DNA of 64,000 nucleotides from positions 340,731-404,730 of the forward strand of contig JAAXWR010000001.1 in assembly GCA_013334825.1 (NCBI GenBank). The letters run 5' to 3'. Shown here piece after piece: positions 23,302-32,187 of this stretch (its first letter is position 1; every line of letters starts with the position of its first letter). The stretch is from Candidatus Yonathbacteria bacterium. GTDB taxonomy: Bacteria; Patescibacteriota; Minisyncoccia; Phycocordibacterales; JACNGX01. Under the pieces are notes generated by a model that was not told the origin of the DNA, did not search any database, and saw nothing but the letters and a program-made list of their open reading frames with translations. Position numbers and translations under genes: made by a program.

Positions 23302-23807
23302 AGAGTGGAGTTGCGAGTATCCTCAAGAGCTTTTTGTATGAGCGTATTGTCTATAACAGAAGGTTCGCGCGTCGCAAGAATGCGTTCGAGTGCTTCTGTT
23401 ACAATCCCCGCTGCTTCGATACGCATGTGTTGACGAAAAAGTTCACGTTCTGATGCTTCGCGTTTACGTGCCTCCGCTCGTTCACGAACAAGTTCTTCAG
23501 TAAGCTCTTCCAGTGCTACAAGACGTTTTTTTTCACTATCTTCCTCTACACGCTCAAGAAGTTTCCGTGCCTCACTCTGCGCTTTAGCAAGTTGAGTAGT
23601 ATATTCCTCTTCAGCAGCATGAAGTTTTTTTGTCGCTTCTTCTGCTTCTTTGATACCCTTTTCTACCGAAGCGGTGCGTGCGTCAAGTACACGCATCAAA
23701 GGCTTGATCACAAAGAAGTAGAGTACAGCAAACACAACGGCAAAGTTAATTGCCTGTGCGATGAGCATGACAGTATCAATGTGAAATGACGCAACAAGAG
23801 GATTCAT
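23298..23807 (-). CDS. atpF: F0F1 ATP synthase b subunit
   Basis: N-terminal transmembrane helix plus a long charged coiled coil. Confidence 0.85.
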   Translation of the reverse strand: MNPLVASFHIDTVMLIAQAINFAVVFAVLYFFVIKPLMRVLDARTASVEKGIKEAEEATKKLHAAEEEYTTQLAKAQSEARKLLERVEEDSEKKRLVALEELTEELVRERAEARKREASERELFRQHMRIEAAGIVTEALERILATREPSVIDNTLIQKALEDTRNSTL

Positions 23808-23809
23808 GA

Positions 23810-24256
23810 GTAATGTATGATAGTAAATGACGAGTTCGTAGTTCGTAGAAATTGCTGGAGAGATAGTGTTGTCTGTTAATATGATGTTTACGAATAACGA
23901 ATACGTACGAATCTACGAATGATACATAACATGTGTAGAAGAAACTTTTTATTCGTATATTTGCACACATTCGTTATTCGTATGTTCATATTTCTTAATT
24001 CACTTTTTATATTCGTGATTCCCCGCACTGTGCACCATGTGGGATGCACAGTGCGCCATGTAGGGTGCGGGGCAGGCGTACAAGTTCGTACTTCGTAATC
24101 TTTCATCTCGTCCGTCTCTATAACCTATCACCTCTAACCTATTTCCTACTTTCATCATTCATCTTTTGTATTCTTGATTCGTGCTTCATGATTCTTGATT
24201 CGAGTGTCCGTCCCTATAACCTCTTTCCTACATTCGTCCGTCCCTATCTCCTATAA
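23810..24256. repeat. Mosaic intergenic repeat cluster between atpF and atpE, with two GC-rich hairpins
   Basis: GTTCGTAGTTCGTAG, TACGAATAACGAATACGTACGAA, hairpins CGCACTGTGCACC..TGCACAGTGCG and GGGTGCGGGGCAGG, and an inverted GTCCGTCCCTATAACC twice. Confidence 0.85.
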
Positions 24257-24475
<219 letters not shown>

Positions 24476-24517
24476 TCAATATGATGAATAAAGTGAATAA
24501 ATACTACAACCTCTTTT

Positions 24518-25417
24518 CTAGTGTTCTTCCATGGATGTATGCATAGAAAGATACGACAGCACCAATATAGCAAAGATAGTAGCTTGTATCAAACCAACAA
24601 ATACTTCAAGGAATAAAAATGGAATCGGCAACCCCCATGCGAGTATTGCTGACATTGATGCAAGAAGCACTTCACCAGCAAATACATTTCCAAAAAGACG
24701 GAATGAAAGGCTTGCGATTTTTGCCAATTCGCCAACAATTTCAACAAGACCAACAAATACATTGATTGGGTTTACGATAAGTACTGTCGGGTCGTTTCGC
24801 ACACGTTGAGGGATTTCAATAAGTGCTCGAATATTAATAAACTTATTGATATGGCGCCATGCACCAACAGCAAGGATGCCAAAGATATGGCTTGCGACAA
24901 CTGCAATCGTTGCCAGTGCAAGTGTGGTATTAAGGTCGGCACTTCCACCCCGAAGAAATGAAATAAATGTTTCATGTCCGCCCTCTGATACAGTCATACC
25001 AACAGAACCAACACCAGGAATAATACCTATCCAGTTGTTCAATAATATAAAAAGAAAGAGTGCAAAAATAAGCGGAAAAAACATGCGCGATTTTTGACGA
25101 CTCCCCGTTACTCCATCAGCAAGCTCAAGCGCTTGTTCAAATACAAGTTCAAAAAATGCCTGGAGACGTCCAGGGATATGTTTGAGAGATATGCGAATGA
25201 TAAGCGAGAGAACAATAATGCCAAGTACAACAATCCATGAAGAAAGAAGTGTATTGGTAATGACAACATCTCCCCAAGAGAAAATTGGTTCAGCATATAA
25301 GGTATGCGTATGCCCATGAGATAAAGTTTCTTCTGTGTGTGCTGACACGGAAACGGCCGTCTCAGAAACGGTCGTTGATAGTTCTTGCTGAATAGTTCCG
25401 GTTCCCAAAGGTTCCAT
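24518..25417 (-). CDS. atpB: F0F1 ATP synthase a subunit
   Basis: Conserved a-subunit region ...RLFGN..AG... The N-terminal extension is probably upstream of the true start. Confidence 0.92.
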   Translation of the reverse strand: MEPLGTGTIQQELSTTVSETAVSVSAHTEETLSHGHTHTLYAEPIFSWGDVVITNTLLSSWIVVLGIIVLSLIIRISLKHIPGRLQAFFELVFEQALELADGVTGSRQKSRMFFPLIFALFLFILLNNWIGIIPGVGSVGMTVSEGGHETFISFLRGGSADLNTTLALATIAVVASHIFGILAVGAWRHINKFINIRALIEIPQRVRNDPTVLIVNPINVFVGLVEIVGELAKIASLSFRLFGNVFAGEVLLASMSAILAWGLPIPFLFLEVFVGLIQATIFAILVLSYLSMHTSMEEH

Positions 25418-25427
25418 GACCTTTAAA

Positions 25428-25661
25428 TTATATCATATCTGAGAGTTTTTTCATATCGTCTCTTGCTTTGTTTGCTTCGCGTATAATACCCGCGATTGAA
25501 ATGAAAAAACAGACAATAAGAGATATGAGAACTCCGTATGGTGTGGTAACAAAAAGCGTATCAATATAATGACCGAGAAAAAGCCCTCCTAAAACAGGCG
25601 CAACAATCCAACCGCTCATGCGTGCAAATGTGAGAAGTGCGACACGTGTTTCTGCTATCAT
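25428..25661 (-). CDS. atpZ: AtpZ/AtpI-like small membrane protein of the ATP synthase operon
   Basis: 77 aa with two transmembrane helices, immediately upstream of atpB. Confidence 0.65.
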   Translation of the reverse strand: MIAETRVALLTFARMSGWIVAPVLGGLFLGHYIDTLFVTTPYGVLISLIVCFFISIAGIIREANKARDDMKKLSDMI

Positions 25662-26206
25662 GCTGCAAGTTTCTTTTCAAATTCCTCAAGCTTCGAAACA
25701 ATTTCTGCGTATTCGATAAATGATCTACCGTATGAGGTAAATATACTACGGTATCGCTCTTCCATTTCTTCGGCAGATACAATTTCTCCGAGAGATTCAT
25801 ACATTGTAAGAGTGTCCTCTGCGTCATTTCGCGCCCCATCAATATTTGCGCCGATTGATGCAATGATTTTTGTCATTTCTTCAAAATTATCAAATATTTC
25901 TAATTGGCGGTCTTGCTCAGATTGGTTTATCCCTGTTTGTCCAAGAATATCTCCCTTCATCTGTGCAAGTACATACATACCCCTTTCAGAGAGTTCAGTT
26001 GCATGTTGTTTTGTTGATTCAAAACCATTTTCAAGTGTTTCCCTGACACGATTAAAGGTTTCTGGTTGTTTCAAGTCTTCATCGGGAAAACCACCTTCGG
26101 AAAAAGGGTCCATGGCGGTGAGTGTTTCTTCTTCACGAACGAACATGCCATGCGGGAAAAGTTTGTCGTCGTGTTCATTGTGTGGAAATGTATCGTGTGT
26201 GGACAT
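25658..26206 (-). CDS. Acidic hypothetical protein at the head of the ATP synthase operon
   Basis: 182 aa, Asp/Glu-rich. Its stop overlaps the atpZ start by 4 bp. Confidence 0.5.
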   Translation of the reverse strand: MSTHDTFPHNEHDDKLFPHGMFVREEETLTAMDPFSEGGFPDEDLKQPETFNRVRETLENGFESTKQHATELSERGMYVLAQMKGDILGQTGINQSEQDRQLEIFDNFEEMTKIIASIGANIDGARNDAEDTLTMYESLGEIVSAEEMEERYRSIFTSYGRSFIEYAEIVSKLEEFEKKLAA

Positions 26207-26212
26207 AAAATA

Positions 26213-26410
26213 TTAGATATGTGCGTCTGTTATTGTTTTCTCTAATCTATTGGCAAGCGTAGCGTCAACCATTTTCCCAGTCTCCAAAAGTAATACTTCT
26301 TTGTTTGCAAGAAGTGACTCAAGGACAATTGCACCCAATTCAAGACGAGCAAATATGGCATTTGTCGTCATGAGGAGATCGTCTGAATTTTTTGAATTAG
26401 TGTCAGGCAT
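26213..26410 (-). CDS. Small hypothetical protein
   Basis: ORF track, 65 aa. It is first in the operon. Confidence 0.35.
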   Translation of the reverse strand: MPDTNSKNSDDLLMTTNAIFARLELGAIVLESLLANKEVLLLETGKMVDATLANRLEKTITDAHI

Positions 26411-26490
26411 AGGTGATAGGGACGGATATTCGAATCAAGAATCATGAAGCACGAATCAAGAATACGAAAGGTGAATAGTGCAAGGCGAAG

Positions 26491-26566
26491 TGGTGGACCA
26501 TACCGGACTCGAACCGGTCACCTCATCCATGCCATGGATGCGCTCTACCAGATGAGCTAATGGCCC
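26491..26566 (-). tRNA. tRNA-Ala(GGC)
   Basis: GGGCCATTAGCTCATCTGGTAGAGCGCATCCATGGCATGGATGAGGTGACCGGTTCGAGTCCGGTATGGTCCACCA. G3:U70, anticodon GGC. Confidence 0.93.
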
Positions 26567-26629
26567 GTAGATGTGAGTATAACACATATATACTGCTGAT
26601 GCCAAATGGCATTTTCAAAATTTATTTTC

Positions 26630-26658
26630 TTGCTTCTCATAATATATCGGTGTATGAT
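26630..26658 (+). promoter_or_regulatory. Promoter of tRNA-Val, in a region of divergent tRNA promoters
   Basis: TTGCTT, a 17-nt spacer, then TATGAT, placed 8 nt before the tRNA 5' end. Confidence 0.5.
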
Positions 26659-26666
26659 TTCACCAC

Positions 26667-26742
26667 GGGCGGCTAGCTCAGATGGTTAGAGCGCACGCTT
26701 CACACGCGTGAGGTCACAGGTTCGATTCCTGTGCCGCCCACC
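26667..26742 (+). tRNA. tRNA-Val(CAC)
   Basis: GGGCGGCTAGCTCAGATGGTTAGAGCGCACGCTTCACACGCGTGAGGTCACAGGTTCGATTCCTGTGCCGCCCACC. Anticodon loop TTCACAC. Confidence 0.93.
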
Positions 26743-26975
26743 TGCCTTCGCTAGAGTCTCAATATTGCATGACAAAAATATTTAGAAGCTTCGGCAAGGT
26801 AAGACAGGCGGCAAGCAAAGCAACTGCTTGCTTTGCGACAGGAATCGAACCGAGCACCACTTTTGATATTGCAAAAGTGGTGCTCGACATCCAGCGATAC
26901 TTATAAAAATGCGAGTGCTCGGAGTATTTTTGTTAGTAATCGCGGGACGATTCCTGTGCCGCCCACCTGCCTTCG
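26743..26975 (+). mobile_element. Mini-element at the tRNA-Val 3' end, bounded by a 27-bp direct repeat of the tRNA 3' end
   Basis: DR gattcctgtgccgcccacctgccttcg occurs at 26724-26750 and 26949-26975. The interior holds an 11-bp-stem hairpin (gcaagcaaagc/gcttgctttgc), an inverted tRNA T-arm fragment (ggaatcgaacc), a 14-bp inverted repeat cgagcaccactttt/aaaagtggtgctcg, and CGGGAC immediately before DR2. Confidence 0.6.
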
Positions 26976-27106
26976 GTTCGCTGAAGCGAACCTACGGCGT
27001 GGCAAGCCCGCTTTTGTTTGTACATACAATTGCGAGTATAATGAAAATAATTATTGTACGCGAAAGCGACCTTCGGTTCGCTGAAGCGAACCTACAGTGT
27101 GACAAA

Positions 27107-27180
27107 CGGGATGTAGTACAGTGGTAGTATACACGCTTCGGGTGCGTGAGACCCGAGTTCGATTCTCGGCATCCCGACCA
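27107..27180 (+). tRNA. tRNA-Pro(CGG)
   Basis: CGGGATGTAGTACAGTGGTAGTATACACGCTTCGGGTGCGTGAGACCCGAGTTCGATTCTCGGCATCCCGACCA. Anticodon loop TTCGGGT with G37. Confidence 0.9.
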
Positions 27181-27182
27181 CA

Positions 27183-27226
27183 AAAAAGAAAACAGCACAC
27201 TAAAAAGTGTGCTGTTTTCTTTTTCT
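27183..27226. terminator. Bidirectional hairpin terminator
   Basis: aaaacagcacac-taaaaa-gtgtgctgtttt flanked by A and T runs. Confidence 0.8.
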
Positions 27227-27260
27227 CTACTGATATCAACTTATTTGAAACACTGAAAGA

Positions 27261-27635
27261 TCATATCCTTCCGTAATCATCTTCAAATCGTTCAATATCG
27301 TTCTCGTCAACATTACCTACGGATATTTCTCCAATAGTCGCATCAGTTATCGCGTAAATGCGATGTCGGGTTTCTCGCGGGACAAATATATGCTCACCTT
27401 TTTTCAGATGATATGCTTCCTCATCAAGCATAACGTCAACTTCTCCTTCGAGAACAACCCAGTGTTCGTCTCGTAAAAAATGTCGTTGCAAGGAAATACG
27501 CTCCCCACTCTTGATACAAAGTATTTTGACATGCCACACTCCATCAGCATCTGCCAAATCAGTGAACGAACCCCACGGGCGTTCATCGACAGAAGAAAGT
27601 GTTTTGAATATATGTGTAGACATAGGGTGTATCAT
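27261..27635 (-). CDS. Cupin-type mannose-6-phosphate isomerase (type II PMI cupin domain)
   Basis: ERPWGSFTDL...VKILCIKSGERISLQRHFLRDEHWVVLEGE...GEHIFVPRETRHRI matches the PMI/ManC C-terminal cupin signature. Confidence 0.75.
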   Translation of the reverse strand: MIHPMSTHIFKTLSSVDERPWGSFTDLADADGVWHVKILCIKSGERISLQRHFLRDEHWVVLEGEVDVMLDEEAYHLKKGEHIFVPRETRHRIYAITDATIGEISVGNVDENDIERFEDDYGRI

Positions 27636-27639
27636 ACTC

Positions 27640-28458
27640 TTACTTTTCTCTCTTGTCAGTATTGTTGAGAATACTGCGCAAGAGATCTTTTGTATCAGAC
27701 AAATCTTTTACAGGAAATGTTCGTACGCCCGACTTGATAACAGCCTCATCATTTCCCCCAGGATACAGAGCGTCTCCAATATACAGCATATCCTCAATTG
27801 CAATACCAGAAAAACGCGACAGATTTTTTATGGCGAATGCTTTATCAATGCCTTTGCGGGTAATATCAATAGACGTCATCCCTCCAGTACGTACTTCATA
27901 CAATGGAAGTTTTTTTCTTAAAGAATTAGTAATGGCAGGACGAATGTCAGACACTTTATTCCATTTCATCTTTTCAGAAATCGGTGCCTGTTGTCCAAGT
28001 GCGGAAAACGTTATTTGTGCATCTCTGTCTTCAAAGATATCACCATAGTGTTGCGCGGGCTGCACATACCCAATATCAATAAAAACCTCTTCAAATGCAT
28101 CCATAATTTCTTTTTTTTCTTCATCTGAAAAATTGTGACTATCAAGACATGACCATGTTCCTTCTATAAAACGATACAAGAGTGACCCTGAAACAGGAAC
28201 GAGCCACAGTCGACTGAATTGTTCTCTACAAGAAAGACGCGATACGATTTGTGTACTCATTTGCCCATAAGACGCGCCGGAAACGAGAGCAACATCGTAT
28301 TTGTGTAATGCTCCGCAGAGCAAAGAGTCCATTTCATCATCAAGGAGCATCTTACTTTTTGCTATTGTTCCATCGATATCAAACGCAAAGAGTTTGTACG
28401 CAGAAAAATCTATCGCGTCTTCTTTCTTTTTATTTTTTCGCATAAACATATTCATCAT
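27640..28458 (-). CDS. Eukaryote-type phosphomannomutase (HAD-IIB, PMM/Sec53 family)
   Basis: LFAFDIDGTIA ... GGMTSIDITRKGIDK ... YIGDALYPGGNDEAV match the PMM motifs DVDGT, SFDVFPEGWDK and GDKTxxGGNDxE. Confidence 0.7.
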   Translation of the reverse strand: MMNMFMRKNKKKEDAIDFSAYKLFAFDIDGTIAKSKMLLDDEMDSLLCGALHKYDVALVSGASYGQMSTQIVSRLSCREQFSRLWLVPVSGSLLYRFIEGTWSCLDSHNFSDEEKKEIMDAFEEVFIDIGYVQPAQHYGDIFEDRDAQITFSALGQQAPISEKMKWNKVSDIRPAITNSLRKKLPLYEVRTGGMTSIDITRKGIDKAFAIKNLSRFSGIAIEDMLYIGDALYPGGNDEAVIKSGVRTFPVKDLSDTKDLLRSILNNTDKREK

Positions 28459-28461
28459 ATC

Positions 28462-30396
28462 TTATATTTCACGACAAAGCGGTGATGAAAGTGCCGTAAG
28501 CAAATCATCAATGGCAATTGATGCGACATTGACCACTTTATCCGCTCCGCCATAATAAATAAACATCTTCCCATCATGAACAGTAGACCCACAAGGAAAG
28601 ACGACATTAGAAACAATACCTTCTAATTCATAGGATTCTTCCGGCTCAAAAATGGGATACCATGTGCGTGCGCGTATAATGGTTGGATCTTTTTTATCAA
28701 GAAGCACGGCACCAAGGCGATATACACCATCATGAGAAATACCATGATAGAGAAAAATCCATCCTTTTTCGGTCTTGTGGGGAGGAGCGACACCCCCAAC
28801 CTTCCGGCAGTCCCACCATCCCTTTCGCGGCTGTATCCATCGATATTCTTCAAGCCAGTCATCGTGCCCAAAAGAAAGACTTTCCCTCCACGCCAAATCA
28901 ATATCTAACCCACTTCGATGTACAACTAAATACTTACCTCCAATTTTTTCTGGAAAAACAAAAGCGTCTTTGTCATCAATACCAGGAGGAGAAATGAGGA
29001 TGGGTTCACTCCATGCTTGCCAATTGCGTGCGAGGAAATCTTTTTTCGATATTGATGTGAGTGCGATACGTGGTACAGACACACCGTCATACGCCGTGTA
29101 GTTCATATATATGGTGTTTCCAATCATTGAAAGACGTGGGTCTTCACATCCGGAGTTCCCCCCAGGGTTCCTCTTTTGTTCAAATGAAGCGCGCGGGGTA
29201 TAGATTGGTTCTGGAAGACGTTCCATGATATGAATACCATCTGTTGTTGTTGCATATCCCATAACCGATGTATTGTCTTCAGACATCGCTCGATATACCA
29301 AATGTGTCGTATCATCGATACGCAGCGCGGCGGGATTAAATGTTGCTTTTGACTCCCATGAGTGACTTAAAACAGGCTCAATGACTGGACGCGTACTTCG
29401 TCGTTTGAATACAATACGTTTTTCTTTTTTTGTAAGAATACTTTCAATAATATCATCAATGGATGCAGATGCGACAGCACAGACAGTATCAGCAGCGCCA
29501 TAATAGATGTCTACACGTTTTCCCTGTACCAATGCACCTGAAGGAAAGACAATATTGGGTACCATGCCGTATCGTTCATACGATTCTGAAGGAGACATGA
29601 GGGGAAACTCTGTCCGACCGATAATCTTGCGTGGGTCATTTATATCAAGAAGAATTGCTTCAACAGTAAAGAATGCATCCCCAATAAAATAATTACGGAT
29701 ATGCGAATAAAACACGAGCCATCCCTTATCTGTCTTCACTGGCGGAGCACCGACTTCTACATGGTCTTCATGGATATGGTTGGGGCGTTTAAACGCAAGG
29801 GTGTGTTTTTCTTTTTCTGCATACCATGTATGCCAATATGCTTCCGACAACATTTCATCTTCATTGTTAAACGAAGCAATACCAATAAACGAAGGACGAC
29901 GGTCAGTATCAACAGTAAGAAGCGCCCACAGTTTACCATTGATGCGTTCAGGAAAAAGGGTCATGCCTTTTGCATTAAAGGGTGTGACCAGATGTTTTTC
30001 ACGCACATGTTCAAGATTGTCAGAAATAGCAACGGCGGCTTTGATACCATCTGCACGAAATGGATATTCAGAAAGCGCCGTGTAAAAAATGTAATATTTC
30101 CCGTCGATATAGGTAACGCGCGGATCCTCACATCCAAAACGCTCCCATGGTTCTTCTGGAGTGATGAAGCGTTTTCTGTCAGAAAAATGATACCCGTCTG
30201 CACTTCGTGCAATACCAATTGTAGAAACATTGATATCGCTGTTCACGGGAAGTTGATAGTGTGGAAGCGACAGGGCGCGATACAACAAGAATGTCTCCTT
30301 ACCACACTTTATGGGGCAACCGTTGAATACAGCTTGTGCTTCCCACGAATGCTTTGCATCAGGAGAAAGAATGGGATTGTGTTCGGAACGTATCAT
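28462..30396 (-). CDS. Tandem double GH130 glycoside phosphorylase (beta-mannoside phosphorylase-like)
   Basis: Two repeats of the GH130 pattern NPIL..W..FN...YRA...IG.A.S.DG..F...P...E..GCEDPR....Y..Y.A, one per protein half (644 aa). Confidence 0.85.
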   Translation of the reverse strand: MIRSEHNPILSPDAKHSWEAQAVFNGCPIKCGKETFLLYRALSLPHYQLPVNSDINVSTIGIARSADGYHFSDRKRFITPEEPWERFGCEDPRVTYIDGKYYIFYTALSEYPFRADGIKAAVAISDNLEHVREKHLVTPFNAKGMTLFPERINGKLWALLTVDTDRRPSFIGIASFNNEDEMLSEAYWHTWYAEKEKHTLAFKRPNHIHEDHVEVGAPPVKTDKGWLVFYSHIRNYFIGDAFFTVEAILLDINDPRKIIGRTEFPLMSPSESYERYGMVPNIVFPSGALVQGKRVDIYYGAADTVCAVASASIDDIIESILTKKEKRIVFKRRSTRPVIEPVLSHSWESKATFNPAALRIDDTTHLVYRAMSEDNTSVMGYATTTDGIHIMERLPEPIYTPRASFEQKRNPGGNSGCEDPRLSMIGNTIYMNYTAYDGVSVPRIALTSISKKDFLARNWQAWSEPILISPPGIDDKDAFVFPEKIGGKYLVVHRSGLDIDLAWRESLSFGHDDWLEEYRWIQPRKGWWDCRKVGGVAPPHKTEKGWIFLYHGISHDGVYRLGAVLLDKKDPTIIRARTWYPIFEPEESYELEGIVSNVVFPCGSTVHDGKMFIYYGGADKVVNVASIAIDDLLTALSSPLCREI

Positions 30397-30444
30397 GAAT
30401 GAAATATAAAAAACGATAAACTAAAAAACGAAATGTCATACATA

Positions 30445-31917
30445 TTACATGGTTTTGCGTGCACGAATTTTTTTCTTTATCACAGTTTTCTTTTCAATCT
30501 TTGGGGTGGCATCCTTTCGTAAGTCATTCATAAATGATGCAAAATCAGCAGAGGCAACGCATACATAATTATCGGATGCTCCGTAATATACAAACAACGT
30601 ATCATCTTTCACAACCACCCCTGAGACATATACAATACCACCTTTCGCGCCGTTGTATTCATATTCTTCAGTTGGCTCAAGTACTGGACCAGAAGAACGA
30701 TGCAGGACTTTCGTCGGATCAAGTAAATCAAGAAGCATCACGCCCACTTTGTATTTCCATGGTTCATCGTGCGTAACCGCGTGATAAAAAACGAGCCATC
30801 CTTCATCTGTACGAATAGGTGGAGCCGCAGGTCCACGCACCCATGTGTCCCAAACACCTAAACGTTTTTCCATACGATATTTACTGGGAATATATATTTC
30901 ATCAGGAAACACAAGTGAATCGACATATTCAATGAGAATACCCGTATTGATACTGTGGAGAATTGCATACTTCCCTTTTATTTTCTCAGGAAAAATCATC
31001 CAATTTTTATGATATTCATACGGATGCGACATAATGGATGGTGTACTCCAATTCCATCTACGTTTTCGCACATCATCGATATGTATTGATGATATTGCCA
31101 TTTTAAGTCCCCCATCACACGCAGTGTACGTAAGGTAGAGATGATTGTCTTCGGGGATATACACAACACGAGGATCTTCTGCACCCGCCCATCCTCCGCC
31201 AGAAGCAAAAGCGACTGGATTCATGCGAAACGGTTGTAATGTCGCATGTTCAAATACAGGAACGTCAGAACGTTCATCAATTGTATATCCATCAAGAGAA
31301 ACCGCATGCCCCACACGTGATTGTCCATCAGCACCCATGGCGCGATAAAACAGATGTACTTTTCCATCAATAAGAACAGAACCAGGATTGAATGTCTGCC
31401 ATGATTCCCATACGTGTTCTTCACGAGGAAGAATAATAGGATTTGACTCATGTCGTTCAAGTCGATTGAGTAGAGGGTTTTTCTCTGGTTGCGTGGGTTT
31501 TTTTCTTGTAAGAACCTTTCGAGCAAGAGGCACATTCTTTGTATCTGTCTTTTTTTGTTTTGATAATTGCAGTACTGATTTTTTCGGAGAAATTGTTTTG
31601 GTATAAGGAACGGATGTTCGTAAGGTAAGGACGTCACGCGCAGGCGTCTTTTTTTCAGAAAGCTTCTTTTTAAGAGAAACCTGTGGAGGTGTTTTCTTTT
31701 TGCGCGGAACAATCGGAACAAGAATGCGTCGTTGGCGTAAAGATTTCATCTCTTTCGATTGCACATAAGGTGTCATATTCTTTTTTACGTTATCGCGTTC
31801 ATTTTCTTTCAATCCACGTTGTGTATTTGTAGAAAGAAACTGGGTTGTCTTTTTCCTACTCCCCCGTGAAGCGGGAGAAGAAGATGAAGAACCAGTTGCG
31901 CGGGGCGCAGATGCCAT
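30445..31917 (-). CDS. GH130 glycoside phosphorylase with an approximately 170-aa K/R/S/T/P-rich N-terminal low-complexity extension
   Basis: C-terminal 320 aa match GH130 (NPIILPREEHVWESWQTFNPG...GAEDPRVVYI...). The N-terminus is basic and disordered. Confidence 0.8.
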   Translation of the reverse strand: MASAPRATGSSSSSPASRGSRKKTTQFLSTNTQRGLKENERDNVKKNMTPYVQSKEMKSLRQRRILVPIVPRKKKTPPQVSLKKKLSEKKTPARDVLTLRTSVPYTKTISPKKSVLQLSKQKKTDTKNVPLARKVLTRKKPTQPEKNPLLNRLERHESNPIILPREEHVWESWQTFNPGSVLIDGKVHLFYRAMGADGQSRVGHAVSLDGYTIDERSDVPVFEHATLQPFRMNPVAFASGGGWAGAEDPRVVYIPEDNHLYLTYTACDGGLKMAISSIHIDDVRKRRWNWSTPSIMSHPYEYHKNWMIFPEKIKGKYAILHSINTGILIEYVDSLVFPDEIYIPSKYRMEKRLGVWDTWVRGPAAPPIRTDEGWLVFYHAVTHDEPWKYKVGVMLLDLLDPTKVLHRSSGPVLEPTEEYEYNGAKGGIVYVSGVVVKDDTLFVYYGASDNYVCVASADFASFMNDLRKDATPKIEKKTVIKKKIRARKTM

Positions 31918-32046
31918 AGATGTTTACAGTATACAACAAAAACATTTTTTCTTTTTCTTATTTCATATGTGGAAAACTTTTTCTTTTAACGCAAGATGGA
32001 CAGAGAGTCATTTTCCTGATTAAATAGAGTGTATTCACAAGAATAA

Positions 32047-32120
32047 CGGGCTATCGTACAGTGGTAGTATGCATCCATGGGGTGGATGTGGCAGCGGTTC
32101 GATTCCGCTTAGCCCGACCA
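32047..32120 (+). tRNA. tRNA-Pro(GGG)
   Basis: CGGGCTATCGTACAGTGGTAGTATGCATCCATGGGGTGGATGTGGCAGCGGTTCGATTCCGCTTAGCCCGACCA. Anticodon loop ATGGGGT with G37. Confidence 0.85.
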
Positions 32121-32187
32121 TTCGACTTCGTTCGGCTTCAAGAAATGAAGCCTCACTCCGCTCATGGTCTTCGACCTTTTTTACCAG

